In this document: positions 1 to 10,306 of the stretch, in pieces | How positions within the stretch are numbered: the stretch's first letter is position 1 | Layout: every line of letters begins with the position of its first letter | NCBI GenBank assembly: GCA_040143965.1 | Contig: JASJQH010006881.1 | Coordinates: 1-61,658 of the forward strand | Length of the DNA stretch: 61,658 bases | DNA from: Basidiobolus ranarum | Lineage: Eukaryota | Direction: 5' to 3' | Translations under genes and position numbers: made by a program | The notes under the pieces: generated by a model | Databases searched by the model: none | Seen by the model: the letters and a program-made list of their open reading frames with translations, nothing else | Told to the model about the DNA's origin: nothing

Positions 1-175
1 GGGGCTTCTAGCACAAGTTTGAAAAATCTATATATCTGAGAACTTCTAAGTTGGTAAAAATATTCTAAGTAAATTCCAATTGAGAATAATTGATAATATC
101 TTAGTGAATTACAAGATAACTAAGTTCTAAGCTATATATGACTATATAGGTGCTTAGGCAATGCTAATTTCAACA
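1..175 (-). mobile_element. Ty1/copia LTR fragment (5' end of LTR, reverse orientation)
   Basis: Near-identical to 835-1009 and reverse complement of 1364-1527. Ends in TTTCAACA, i.e. the TGTTGAAA LTR start on the minus strand. Confidence 0.75.
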
Positions 176-203
176 TAAACTACCTTCATGTCCAAATGGT
201 TGT

Positions 204-702
204 TTGGCTTTCACCAGTGATCTGAAAAACCTGAAGTCAGGTACTGTTTGCACACAGTTGGCAATCACTGAATCAGGTAAATATTGTTCATACTTGGTTT
301 ACATACCATTGATTCCCTGTCTTAAAGTTTTGATGAAATCACCCAAATATAGATCATTGATCCAATACCAAAGTACTCACCATAAAGCTGATGGTATTAC
401 CAATATACTTGATGGATATCACTACCAGAATCTGAAAAGTCAAGGTTTCTTTGAGAATACATGTGATCATGCATTTGCATTGGCTCTGGATGGTTTCTCA
501 CTAAACAAATATACCATTGGAAAGGCTTGCTGGCCAATAATTTTAATTAACTTAAATCTTCCTCCTTCTGAATGGTATAAGAGTCATAATATTTTGATAT
601 TATCCATCATATCTGGACCTAAGTCACCAGTGCTTATAGATAGCTTCTTAGAGCCTTTGATTGTGGAATTTGAATGGTTATCTAATGGGGTTCAGATAGG
701 TG
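204..702 (+). pseudogene. CACTA/En-Spm (Tnp2-type) transposase fragment
   Basis: Translation contains LALDGF...WPIILINLNLPP...NILILSIISGPKSP...DSFLEPLIVEFEWLSNGV, typical of Tnp2/Transposase_21. Truncated on both sides by LTR pieces. Confidence 0.75.
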
Positions 703-1009
703 AAGTAAATTCCTATTGAGAATGATGGATAATATCTTAGTGAAATTTAAGATAACCAAGTACTAAGCTATATATGACTATATAGGTGTTTAAGCAATGT
801 TAATTTCAATGCCAGGAACATGTGTGCAAAGTTTGGGGCTTCTAGCCAAAGTTTGAAAAATCTATATATCTGAGAACTTCTAAGTTGGTGTCAGTATTCT
901 AAGTAAATTCCAATTGATAATAATTGATAATATCTTACTGAATCATAAGATAACCAAGTACTAAGCTATATATGACTATATAGGTGCTCAGGCAATGCTA
1001 ATTTCAACA
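703..1009 (-). mobile_element. Two tandem copia LTR fragments (703-811, 835-1009)
   Basis: Direct repeats of 1-175 (AAGTAAATTCC...CTAAGCTATATATGACTATATAGGTG...ATTTCAA). Confidence 0.75.
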
Positions 1010-1350
1010 CTTTCAATAACAGAAGTAGAATTCATGGTTGCATGTAAAGCAACAAAAGAAGCAATATGGTGAAGAAAACTCTTGAGAGATTTGGGCTATT
1101 CTCAAAATTCAGCAACTACAATATTTCTAGACAATCAAAGTTTTGTCAAATTAGCTCAAAGTCCCACATTTCATACTACAAGCAAACATAGAGATATTGG
1201 ACATGATTTTATTGGAGAGACTATGGAGAATAAATTTACTACCTTATTGTTCTACAGAAGACATGATTGCTGATATATTAACCAAACCATTAGCTAGGCA
1301 GAAATTTGAGAAATTTAGACCTCTCTTAGGATTAGTTCATATGACTATTT
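1010..1350 (+). pseudogene. Ty1/copia pol RNase H C-terminal remnant
   Basis: EVEFMVACKATKEAIW*RKLLRDLG...DNQS...FHTTSKHRDI, then a frameshift to STEDMIADILTKPLARQKFEKFRPLLGL. Contains a stop and a frameshift. Confidence 0.85.
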
Positions 1351-1527
1351 AGTTGAGGGAGAGTGTAGAGGTTAGCATTGCCTAAACACCTCTATAGTCA
1401 TATATGGCTTAGTATTTAGTTATCTCCTATTTCAATATGATATTACCCATTATTCTCAATTGGAATTTACTTGAAATATTTTTGCCAACTTGGAAGTTCT
1501 CAGATCTATAGATTTTTCAAACCTGTG
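1351..1527 (+). mobile_element. Polypurine tract (AGTTGAGGGAGAG, 1351-1363) and start of the copia 3' LTR (TGTAGAGGTTAGC..., from 1364)
   Basis: PPT lies directly after the RNase H end and is followed by a TG-starting sequence that is the reverse complement of the repeats at 1-175 and 835-1009. Confidence 0.8.
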
Positions 1528-2173
1528 ATATCTCATAATAACATAGTGAAATTCCAGTAACTAGCTATATGGCTATATAGATGCTTGGGCTATGTCATTT
1601 TCAAATACAAATCCTGAATAATAATTTCTGAGTATTTAAACCACTATTGTATGTCGAACAAATGCAGGCATAGAGGAGAACAAGTTTAGCATATGCAAAG
1701 TAGGGTTATAAGCGTAACTTAGAGATAGAGCAATTGAATTAGGCAAGCTAATTGGTGATGTGAGTGCCTGAATCTCATTCTAATGCTAGCTAACTGATTG
1801 CTCTTCCCAATCAGTAATTCCATATCAAGAAATGGTAACAAACAGCACGGTGATTTAAGATACCGACACCCGTGATTAGTAAGACTTGTTTCAATGCTAA
1901 ACCAAGCGTAGACGAGCAATTTCCAGCCAAGAGCAAATGGTGAATGTGCCACTTCCCTATCAGGCTTTATCGTGTCTTTAATTACGTTTTATCGAACTTT
2001 ATCGAATTTTATCGGTTAATACTCTCATGGTGATTATCCATTTCGTAATACCACTCTAATTCCAAAATAGAAATATCGTATTTGTAAACACTTAAGTAAA
2101 CACTGGATCGTCGGGTGATGATATCTGCCGATAGCTATAAAACCTCCATTTCTGCAGCCACTCTTTCTCAAAT

Positions 2174-4102
2174 ATGGCCTACCTATCTGTACCCGAGGAG
2201 GCGAGGCGCCTTTTAAACATTCTCATTGAAAAGAACCCAGCTCTTCGTATTTCCAAGGACTATGCTCAGTCAAATATTAAATTCGAAGGCGGAGATTTGC
2301 CTATGATGCCTGGTAACATGAAATCAGGCCCCTTTGCCGGTGCTGCCTTTGCTGCACTTGGCGCTGTTGCTGATCAGATTGCACAGCTTCGATTTGGGTA
2401 ATGTGCACTGCGGCACGTATATCGTATTATGTGATTGTTAAGTGATGTTTTTGCTATTTAGTACAAGTCCAAGTCAGATCAAGGTAGATACTGATCACGC
2501 TTCTTATTTCCTTGGCTGCGTCACCCTCTTCTCTGCTGATGGTAAGGTTGGGTTGGACTGCTTTAACTTGGCACCCAAATGGGACGGTGGTTGGTGGGAT
2601 ACTCCCATGTTAAAAGAATCCACCGCAATCTATAAAACTAAAGACGGCCGGTTCTTTCAACTTCACGGAGATCTTGATGCCAGCATCTTACTCAAGGATA
2701 TTGGTCTTGACGACAAAGATCCCAAAGCCACCAATGATAGTGAGGCTCATAGAATCATCGGCGACTGGGCCAAGCAATATACAGCTGATGAATTGGAGGC
2801 TTTGATGATCAAATTACGTCATAGTGGAAGCAAATGCTATGAACCTGAGGAATGGCTTGCTACCCCCATGGTAAGAAACATATCATCATGTACAAACCAA
2901 TCTTTTTCTCAGTATCTTGCCTGTGCAGGGTCAAGCTCTAGCAAAGAGGCCACTATTTGATGTACGTGAACTAGCACCTTCAAGCGTTCCTATACCATTC
3001 CCAACTTCGAAAAACAATCGAATTCTTGAAGGGATCAAAGTAGTTGAAATGGGTAATTCACCAGCTCTTTCTGTTCCTTAGTGCAATGCATATCAGTTTT
3101 AACAAATTCCCCTATTTTATTCTTCTCGGTAATAAGTTCGCGTCATTGCTGGACCTACCATCGGTCGCACTCTGGCCGAATTTGGTGCTCAAGTAATCAA
3201 AGTCAATCCTCCTCATCTTCGAGATATTACTGGTTTGCAATTCACTCTGACAGCCGGTAAGCACACCATCGGTATTGATGCTCGCAAGCCTGAAGACAAA
3301 GCGAAACTAGAGAGTCTGGTTGCAGAAGCCGATGTATTTGTTAATGGATTTAGACCTGGATCATTAGAAAGACTCGGCTTTGGTAAACAACGTGTTCTTG
3401 AATTGGTTCAAAAAGCGAAAGGAAAAGACGCTGGGATTGTCTATGTGGATGAAAATTGCTATGGTCTAGAAGGTGATCGATTGAGTTCCATAACCTACTT
3501 GTCTCACTTTTTTAGTATTATTTCATCTTCTCACTAGTCTCATAATGTTTGTAGGTCCTTACAATGAAAGACCTGGTTGGCAGCAAATCGCAGATGCTTC
3601 AAGTGGTGTAAACATAGTCCAGGGTAGATCTTTGGGCTACAGTAACCAAGCGGTATTACCACCTCTCCCTATTGCCGATTTGAGGGGAGGCGTGGCAGGG
3701 GCAATTAGCACACTCATTGCGCTTCGAGACCGTGCCATTCGAGGTGGATCTTATAATGTAGTGTCACCATTAACAGCGGTCGATATGTTCCTTGTTTCTA
3801 AAGAAGTTGGCTTATACCCACCTGAGATGGTCGAAGAAAGTCGCAAGGAATTCCAATGGGGTGCCATCACGCCACAAGATAGCGTGCTGGATATTCTCAC
3901 TAACCTTACCACTCGATGGGCAGTGACGAGACCAGATCAACTGGATATGGAGAAGAGTCCATTCTTTGCCAGATTTAATGACGGCCCATTCGGCTCTATG
4001 AACATTATTGCACCTGTGACTCGTATTGACCAGTACCCTTCGAAGTGGGACCACCCTCCCAGACCTTATTGTTATGATCAACCAACCTTTGATTACGAAT
4101 AG
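2174..4102 (+). CDS. CoA-transferase family III (CaiB/BaiF) protein, 5 exons
   Basis: ORF pieces join via GT-AG introns. Motifs: LEGIKVVEM-RVIAGPTIGRTLAEFGAQVIKV, ADVFVNGFRPGSLERLGF, YVDENCYG. Confidence 0.85.
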
Positions 4103-4694
4103 AAGCATTCCTGTATACGTACCATGATTGTTATATTACTTGCCTTTGTCGTTTAGTTCAAGGAAACTGTATACATAAAGCAACTTTACTACATCTCATT
4201 ACAGAGCTATAATAGTGTTACAATACAATGATAAGATAGGGAGAACTTGGGGAACAAGATAGTGTCCAACTCTGATTCATTGAATGATTGATATTGTATA
4301 GAGGCATCCAAGCATCGAAGAGATTGTCGAAATTCAAACCAGAAGGTCACTATCTTATACTCAAAATACGTATGGATAAAGTTATTGCTCCATCCCGAGA
4401 ATATAGACATCTTGACAGAAATAGGAATTTGATTTGACGTGTTGGAAGCGATCATGTCTGTACCGAATGCTCGGGTAAAAATTTCGACGTTCCGATTGGA
4501 AGCTAAGTTTCCCTTTTAGAGCCCATTTGGCCTATTTGAGCTAATTTTACCAAGCAACACCATTTTCCCTAATTTGGGTGAAGTGCCCACTATCTATCTG
4601 TATCCACTCATGAACTTTTCACTGCCTGACTGAAAATATGGCCATAGTGTCTCAATGCGTTCTTTGAAGTTGAACGTTAAGCATGATGAAATCA

Positions 4695-4801
4695 ATAGCG
4701 TGGTTTGTGAATATTATGGAAGTAGCGTGGTTTGTGAATATTATGGAAATAGCGTGGTTTGTGAATATTATGGAAATAACGTGGTTTGTGAATATTATGG
4801 A
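4695..4801. repeat. 27-bp minisatellite, 4 copies (ATAGCGTGGTTTGTGAATATTATGGAA)
   Basis: Directly visible tandem units with 1-2 substitutions. Confidence 0.95.
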
Positions 4802-5270
4802 TTTAGTCATGCGTATGAGTAACAGTGAGGAGAGAAGAATAAACAGAGATGGAATTGGTTTGAAGTGTTTAATTCAACAAGCTGTATATCACTCCTTATT
4901 CATTCCTTACTCTCTAGCAACAAACATTAGTTTGGAACAATTTAGAGGTGTGACAGATCGACCCCCACAATTGCACCAAACTCAAACAGTAGGGTTGTGA
5001 ATGGATATATATATTGTTGATCATGTACATTGTTGGTCTACTTCACTTATTGAATATAAATTTGGATCCATAGCGGATGAAGAGTCGAGATCATGATTGT
5101 GAGCTACTGCTCTCAACCTCACAATTCACCGATGTAACTAATGGATGTTTCATTAGTCTATCATACGATGAAGATGTTATAATCAGTAAGTGAATATGAT
5201 TGTTGAGCACAATAGCACTCTGGAATGTATATAGTAACCCCATTTGCTTCCCAATTCAATCTAAACGAGC

Positions 5271-6307
5271 ATGTTTAAACGAGACACTTTGAAGATTGTT
5301 CTTGACGACGAACATATCCTTTTCGGAGGAACAGCGCCTAGTCGGGTTGTAAGAGGACATGTTCTTTTGAGTATTAATTCCACAGTCAAAATCAAATCAG
5401 TAGATCTAAGCTTTGAGGGCACAGTTGTAATCAGAGGAAAAGAGAATGGTACAGCATAATCCAACTTTGCTACTGTGAACAATTATATATAAACCTGTTG
5501 AATTTAGGCTCCATCCACTTTCAAAACACCTTGCTTTCTAGAGGCTGGCAATTTCTGGGATTGAGTGGAGAGCCACGGTTATTTTCCACTGGAATATACA
5601 AATACCACTTTGAACTTTTGCTGAATACAAGTCTGCCAGATTCAGTATTTACTAAACATGGTAGTATTCAATACTTATTTTATGCCAGAGCCAACCGAAC
5701 AGGATTTCGACGAACTTTAAATGACACTAAACAAATTTATATACAACATCCTATGCCGATAGAGACCGAACAAGCTCTCATTAAAACTGGTGAGCTGGAA
5801 AGCAAGCTTCGTTTCTACGTATTAGCTCCTACTTCACGATACAAACTGGGAGACGAGATACCTGTTCGAATAGGGACTAAACCACTATTGGATGACATTC
5901 GAATTACCAAAATCACTCTTGCTTTGTATGAAGGAACCAAATACCGCACACCTAACGGCTGGTCGTCTACGTACTCACATCAAATTACTGGAATTTCCTC
6001 TCCTTGGCCAACTAGTAGCTCTGAATTATTGGAACAGACTTTACGCTTGTACATTCCAAACACGTTAAGTTGCATTCAAATAGATTGCTGCTCGATTTTC
6101 TATCAGATAAAACATACTCTGGATATAATCATCAATCTAATTGATGAAGCCCGAAATAGAAAAGCCATAGTTATCAGAGTTCCTATACATCTCGCCTCTT
6201 GCTTCACGGATTACGATAACGAATTACCAAGTTATGAAGGAGTCTTGACAGCACCCCCTGAATACGCAACAGCTGAGCTGTGTCCACCTTACTCAAGTAG
6301 AGCTTGA
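5271..6307 (+). CDS. Alpha-arrestin (arrestin-related trafficking adaptor), 2 exons
   Basis: Intron 5449-5507. Arrestin_N signature (G.YKYHFEL...LPDS...HGSIQY...A), Arrestin_C (IKHTL), C-terminal PY motifs LPSY, PPEY, PPY. Confidence 0.85.
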
Positions 6308-6962
6308 TAGGAGATCGAATACTATGCCATTTCTTTTCTAAAGCAGAAAATTGGATAATATCGATTCATCTTGATTCTGTAAAATCAAAAGTTACTAATT
6401 TATTCATAATTTTAAGTTAACATTTGGGCTAGAATAAATTTTCACATGACAAACGCGTATCATTTAGTGTTCCAAGTATTCGTATCACAATGAATGCTTT
6501 CGAGCCATTCAAATCCAGATTGAACTAATCCCTCATTCAGCAACCAATCAATATGCTAACGTTACGAACTAGTGATATATATACCTAGTCAGGGTTCCGA
6601 TTTGCAACCTCCGATTCTATTTCTAATTATACATTCAGTCTCCGTTACTCTTCACTTTACTACCCATATTTCAACTTCGGGGGGAACCAAGAGCTCTCAC
6701 TTTTATCTTTTAATCAATGAAATAGGTTAGTTTTCTATATTTTTTACCTCTAGAACCCCTTTCTATATGGTAGTGAAAGTACACTTCAAACACTTGATGG
6801 CTGTCTTACGTAAATTTCAACCACATAGCCAACTAGCACAGTATAGATATGAATATGGAAACGCATACTTTATCAACGGTATATGACCACCAATTCACAC
6901 TCGAATTTTTACGTTAAACCTAAGTACTGATAGGTGTTTTCTCCTTTCGATTGATATATATA

Positions 6963-8176
6963 ATGCAGACTCTACTGCCAGACGCAACCTTTTCAAGTGA
7001 AAAATATTCCGAGAACCGATTTCAACCAACTGAAGAGAAACTAATTGTCAAAGATACAAAAGAACACGAAGAAAAAGGGATAAACAGCCCAAGTTTATCT
7101 GATACAAAGTACAACTGACTCCACTCTGACTCTTATAAGTTATTGTGTACTTACTCTTGTATTCAAGCATCAAGATAGAAACCAATCATTCTACCGAATC
7201 AAATTCAACCTCAAGAATTGACAAACAGAAGCAGGCTACACGTTTTGAAGGAAGGGAAGTTGTATTTGTGGATCCTTTAGATGAGAGTGCAGAATATTGG
7301 TGGCCAGCCATGGTAAGCGCGCCTTCCAAGCAGCTATCTAGTAACACATATAAATCCATTTACATCGAACCTAGATAGTTCCTCCTACGGAAATAGATCG
7401 TAGTATGCTCTCTCGCAAGCTTGAGCAAGACGAATGTTTAGTTAGATATTTCGAAGATAACAAATTGTATTAAGGGATTTTTTCATTTCTTATGATTGAA
7501 ATTTCGGATAATAACCTTTATAATTACTAGCTCTGTGTGTAAGGATAAAGAACTTACTCTTTTCCAACCGGGGAAAGATCCTTTTAATGAATTCTCACAC
7601 CATGAATCCTTTGTAAACGATCCTGGCGTTCTAATAGCCTTGAAATATTTACAAACGGGTGAACTGGGTAAGAAGTTCATGTGGAAACTATGGGGAAAAG
7701 ATAAGAATATTCCACCTATCGCAGCACAGCCTAGTACCCCTTCTTCAGATCCAGAGAATCCACCAAGAGATACTACCCCTGATCCACAAACTCCTCAACA
7801 AAAACATTCACGGGAACAACCAAGAAGCTCTAGTAGGAAGCGGAAAAAAGTACATGACGATTCGGAAATCAACACCGGTCAAAGCCATAGTCCGACTAGT
7901 GCTAATACTGACAAAGGGAAGCACCCATCAGCTTCGCCAGTTCTTTCTCGCGCTCCATCTACTGATAGTTCGTCAATTGTCACTCATGAAACTGCTCCGG
8001 ACAGCAAGTCTCGACTTAGACGCATGACGCCAAAATGGATTTCTAAGCGAATGAAAACTCTACGAAAAGAATACAGGAAAATACGACGCGGAGTGAGTCG
8101 TATAGCCAAAGAGCTGGTCGTCCACAAGGCGGGTGATGGCCGTATTACTAGATCTATGAGGCGCCGAAAAAGGTGA
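6963..8176 (+). CDS. Hypothetical protein with PWWP/Tudor-like domain and basic low-complexity tail, ~4 exons
   Basis: Spliced reading gives VFVDP...YWWPAM-IVPP...CLVRYFEDNK-FSVC; K/R-rich NLS-like stretches. Confidence 0.6.
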
Positions 8177-8387
8177 TAGTGTCGTTATGTTATGTAAATA
8201 CGGCTAAGTGAACCCATCACTCGAAAACAAAATACTGTAAATTATAAAGTTGAAGTTGAACCAGCGTTGTGAAGAGGTGTTAAGCGGAAGGATATTTATT
8301 GGAATATATACAAAATCACGATGGGACCTGCATGGCATAATAAATAAGAGCCATTTGAATGTGAATGATTAACTGGTTCAGAATACT

Positions 8388-9728
8388 TTAGTTGGATTTG
8401 GCGTTTTTGGCAATCCAATCCTTAACGAATACACTGATTTTCATCAAGTTCTTACTAGAATATTTTTTGTACAAAGCTTCATATTTCAATGGCTTCGAAA
8501 GGTAATCGAGGATGAGCTGACAACAATCCTGCAATTGGTCTTCACTGTATCCAGAATAGTGGGTCAAGTTGGCATCCCAGCTACCACGCTTAAGCATAAG
8601 ACGTGCGAGGTACAGACTGGCAGCGGCAGCCATGGAAGGAGGGCAGTGCAACAGACGATGATCCATCAAAGTGACTTCCATCAAGTACTTGGCAATGGTT
8701 CTAGTTTGGACATCGTAGTTGTCGGCCTTAGACACACGACGAAGGAAATTGAGTGGGTTGGGGTAGCTCATATTCCACTCAATAACCTGCAGCATATATC
8801 TTTCGGCTTTTTTCACTTCATCTTCGGTGTATCCACCATCGGTCATGTAAATGAAATTCTCAATCGATGGGGCATAGATCTCTTCATACTTGGAAGCAAT
8901 TAGCATGGCGGTAATACCAACCAACTGCAGCTTATTCAACGATACTACTCGCAATGAAAGGAATCGATCAATCAAATTAATCCCAAGGAACAAAGTCTCT
9001 GGCAATAAACGGAATTTCTCGTGAACCTCGATTAACCAATCAACCAAGATGGCACGCATTTTCCAAGCCAATCCCTTTTGCATTTCCATGTAGTTGGGAT
9101 TAGCAAGAAATTGAGGCTCGATTTCCTTTAAATACTCAAAGATTTCTTGGACATATTCAGAAACCATCAGAGGATCATATTCATCTTCAGCATCCAGATC
9201 ATCCCAATCTTGCTTGCTTTCAACCTCATCTACTGCCATAGGTGAAAACACTTGCTTTTCAACATTTGTGTTGGCCATTGTCACATCAGCAACTTGACGC
9301 TTCTTAACGCGAAGGCCCTCAGGCTTGGCTTCGGAAGTCTTTACTTTACTGACCAATGGTTTCCCAATCTTTTTGACACCAGCATTCTGTTCATTATCAC
9401 GCAATTAATACTTGCTCTAAGAACTTACAAGACCTTGTTGCTACTTACCACTTGTGGGGCAATATTGCTCACATCGCCAAGAGCGTGGCGCTTGCGAGTG
9501 AGACCTTCATTCTTACTAACGAGTTTACTTTTCAGCCCAGTAGGATTCACGTGTGAGGAGTTTTTGTGAGAAACAGCTTTAACACCTAATGGTAGTTTGG
9601 CCTTGGTGCTATTTTCATCGTTTGCAACGGATTTTCTAACATTAAGGGATGCACGCGCACGAGTCTATTCAAGTTAGAATATTGATGGATGATGGAGAAG
9701 ATAAATAAGTACACACCTGAGCAAACAT
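8388..9728 (-). CDS. G2/M B-type cyclin (Cdc13/Clb-like), 3 exons
   Basis: Cyclin box MRAILVDWLIEVH...KLQLVG...ASKYEE. Destruction box RHALGDVSN at 9464-9490. 12-nt first exon 9717-9728. Confidence 0.93.
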
Positions 9729-10306
9729 CACTTCTAGTATTCAAAACAAAATGGAAGTATCGATTCAAGGGAATGGGAAAGATCCGACTGTTATAAAGAA
9801 AGTGAAATAAACAATGAAGGCCCCCTTTTCCATTTTTGCTCATTGGTCAATGGCTTCGACAAGACGTGTATTGTCCATTTAGTATGATATCATTGGCTAT
9901 ATTGCTGACCTTGTACCATTCATTAACACTGGTTCATACTCTAAACTGTTTTTTTGTCTAGTCATGGGTACCCTTGGTTTCAGAGAGTTGTTTACCTTTT
10001 GACCAGATGTGATGATGATTGGTTCGGATCAATGTTCTTTTATTAATGATTTCTTTAACACTTAACTGTTTATTTAAGAATTGACATCCTGAGCTTTGCA
10101 TATCTCAATGAGGCAATTGTTTTGATTTAATATATCGATGTTAAAGCGCCATGGTTGGGGATACACTTTGATGGATCTTGTGATACATCTGACATACTGG
10201 AATATCTCATTCATATATATTTCTACCTTCATAAATAATGTTGGAGTCTCCGATACTCATTACAAGGGATATTAATTTATTTGCATAATATGTAGACATT
10301 CGTGAT

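Noticed and set aside
2174-4102. Recent bacterial horizontal transfer of the CaiB gene
   Set aside because: Four spliceosomal introns, host-like composition and the long fungal-type architecture; a phylogeny would be needed.
4695-4801. CRISPR-like array or repeat-peptide gene (ORF 4683-5000)
   Set aside because: Units are contiguous with no spacers, the context is eukaryotic, and the ORF looks like a by-product of the minisatellite.
9740-9896. CHR (TTTGAA) plus CCAAT boxes in the cyclin B promoter, as in animal DREAM targets
   Set aside because: Motifs are short and frequent in AT-rich DNA, and the spacing is not diagnostic.
10008-10092. Possible C/D snoRNA (GTGATGA...CTGA)
   Set aside because: No terminal stem, no intron context and no rRNA-antisense guide that I could identify.
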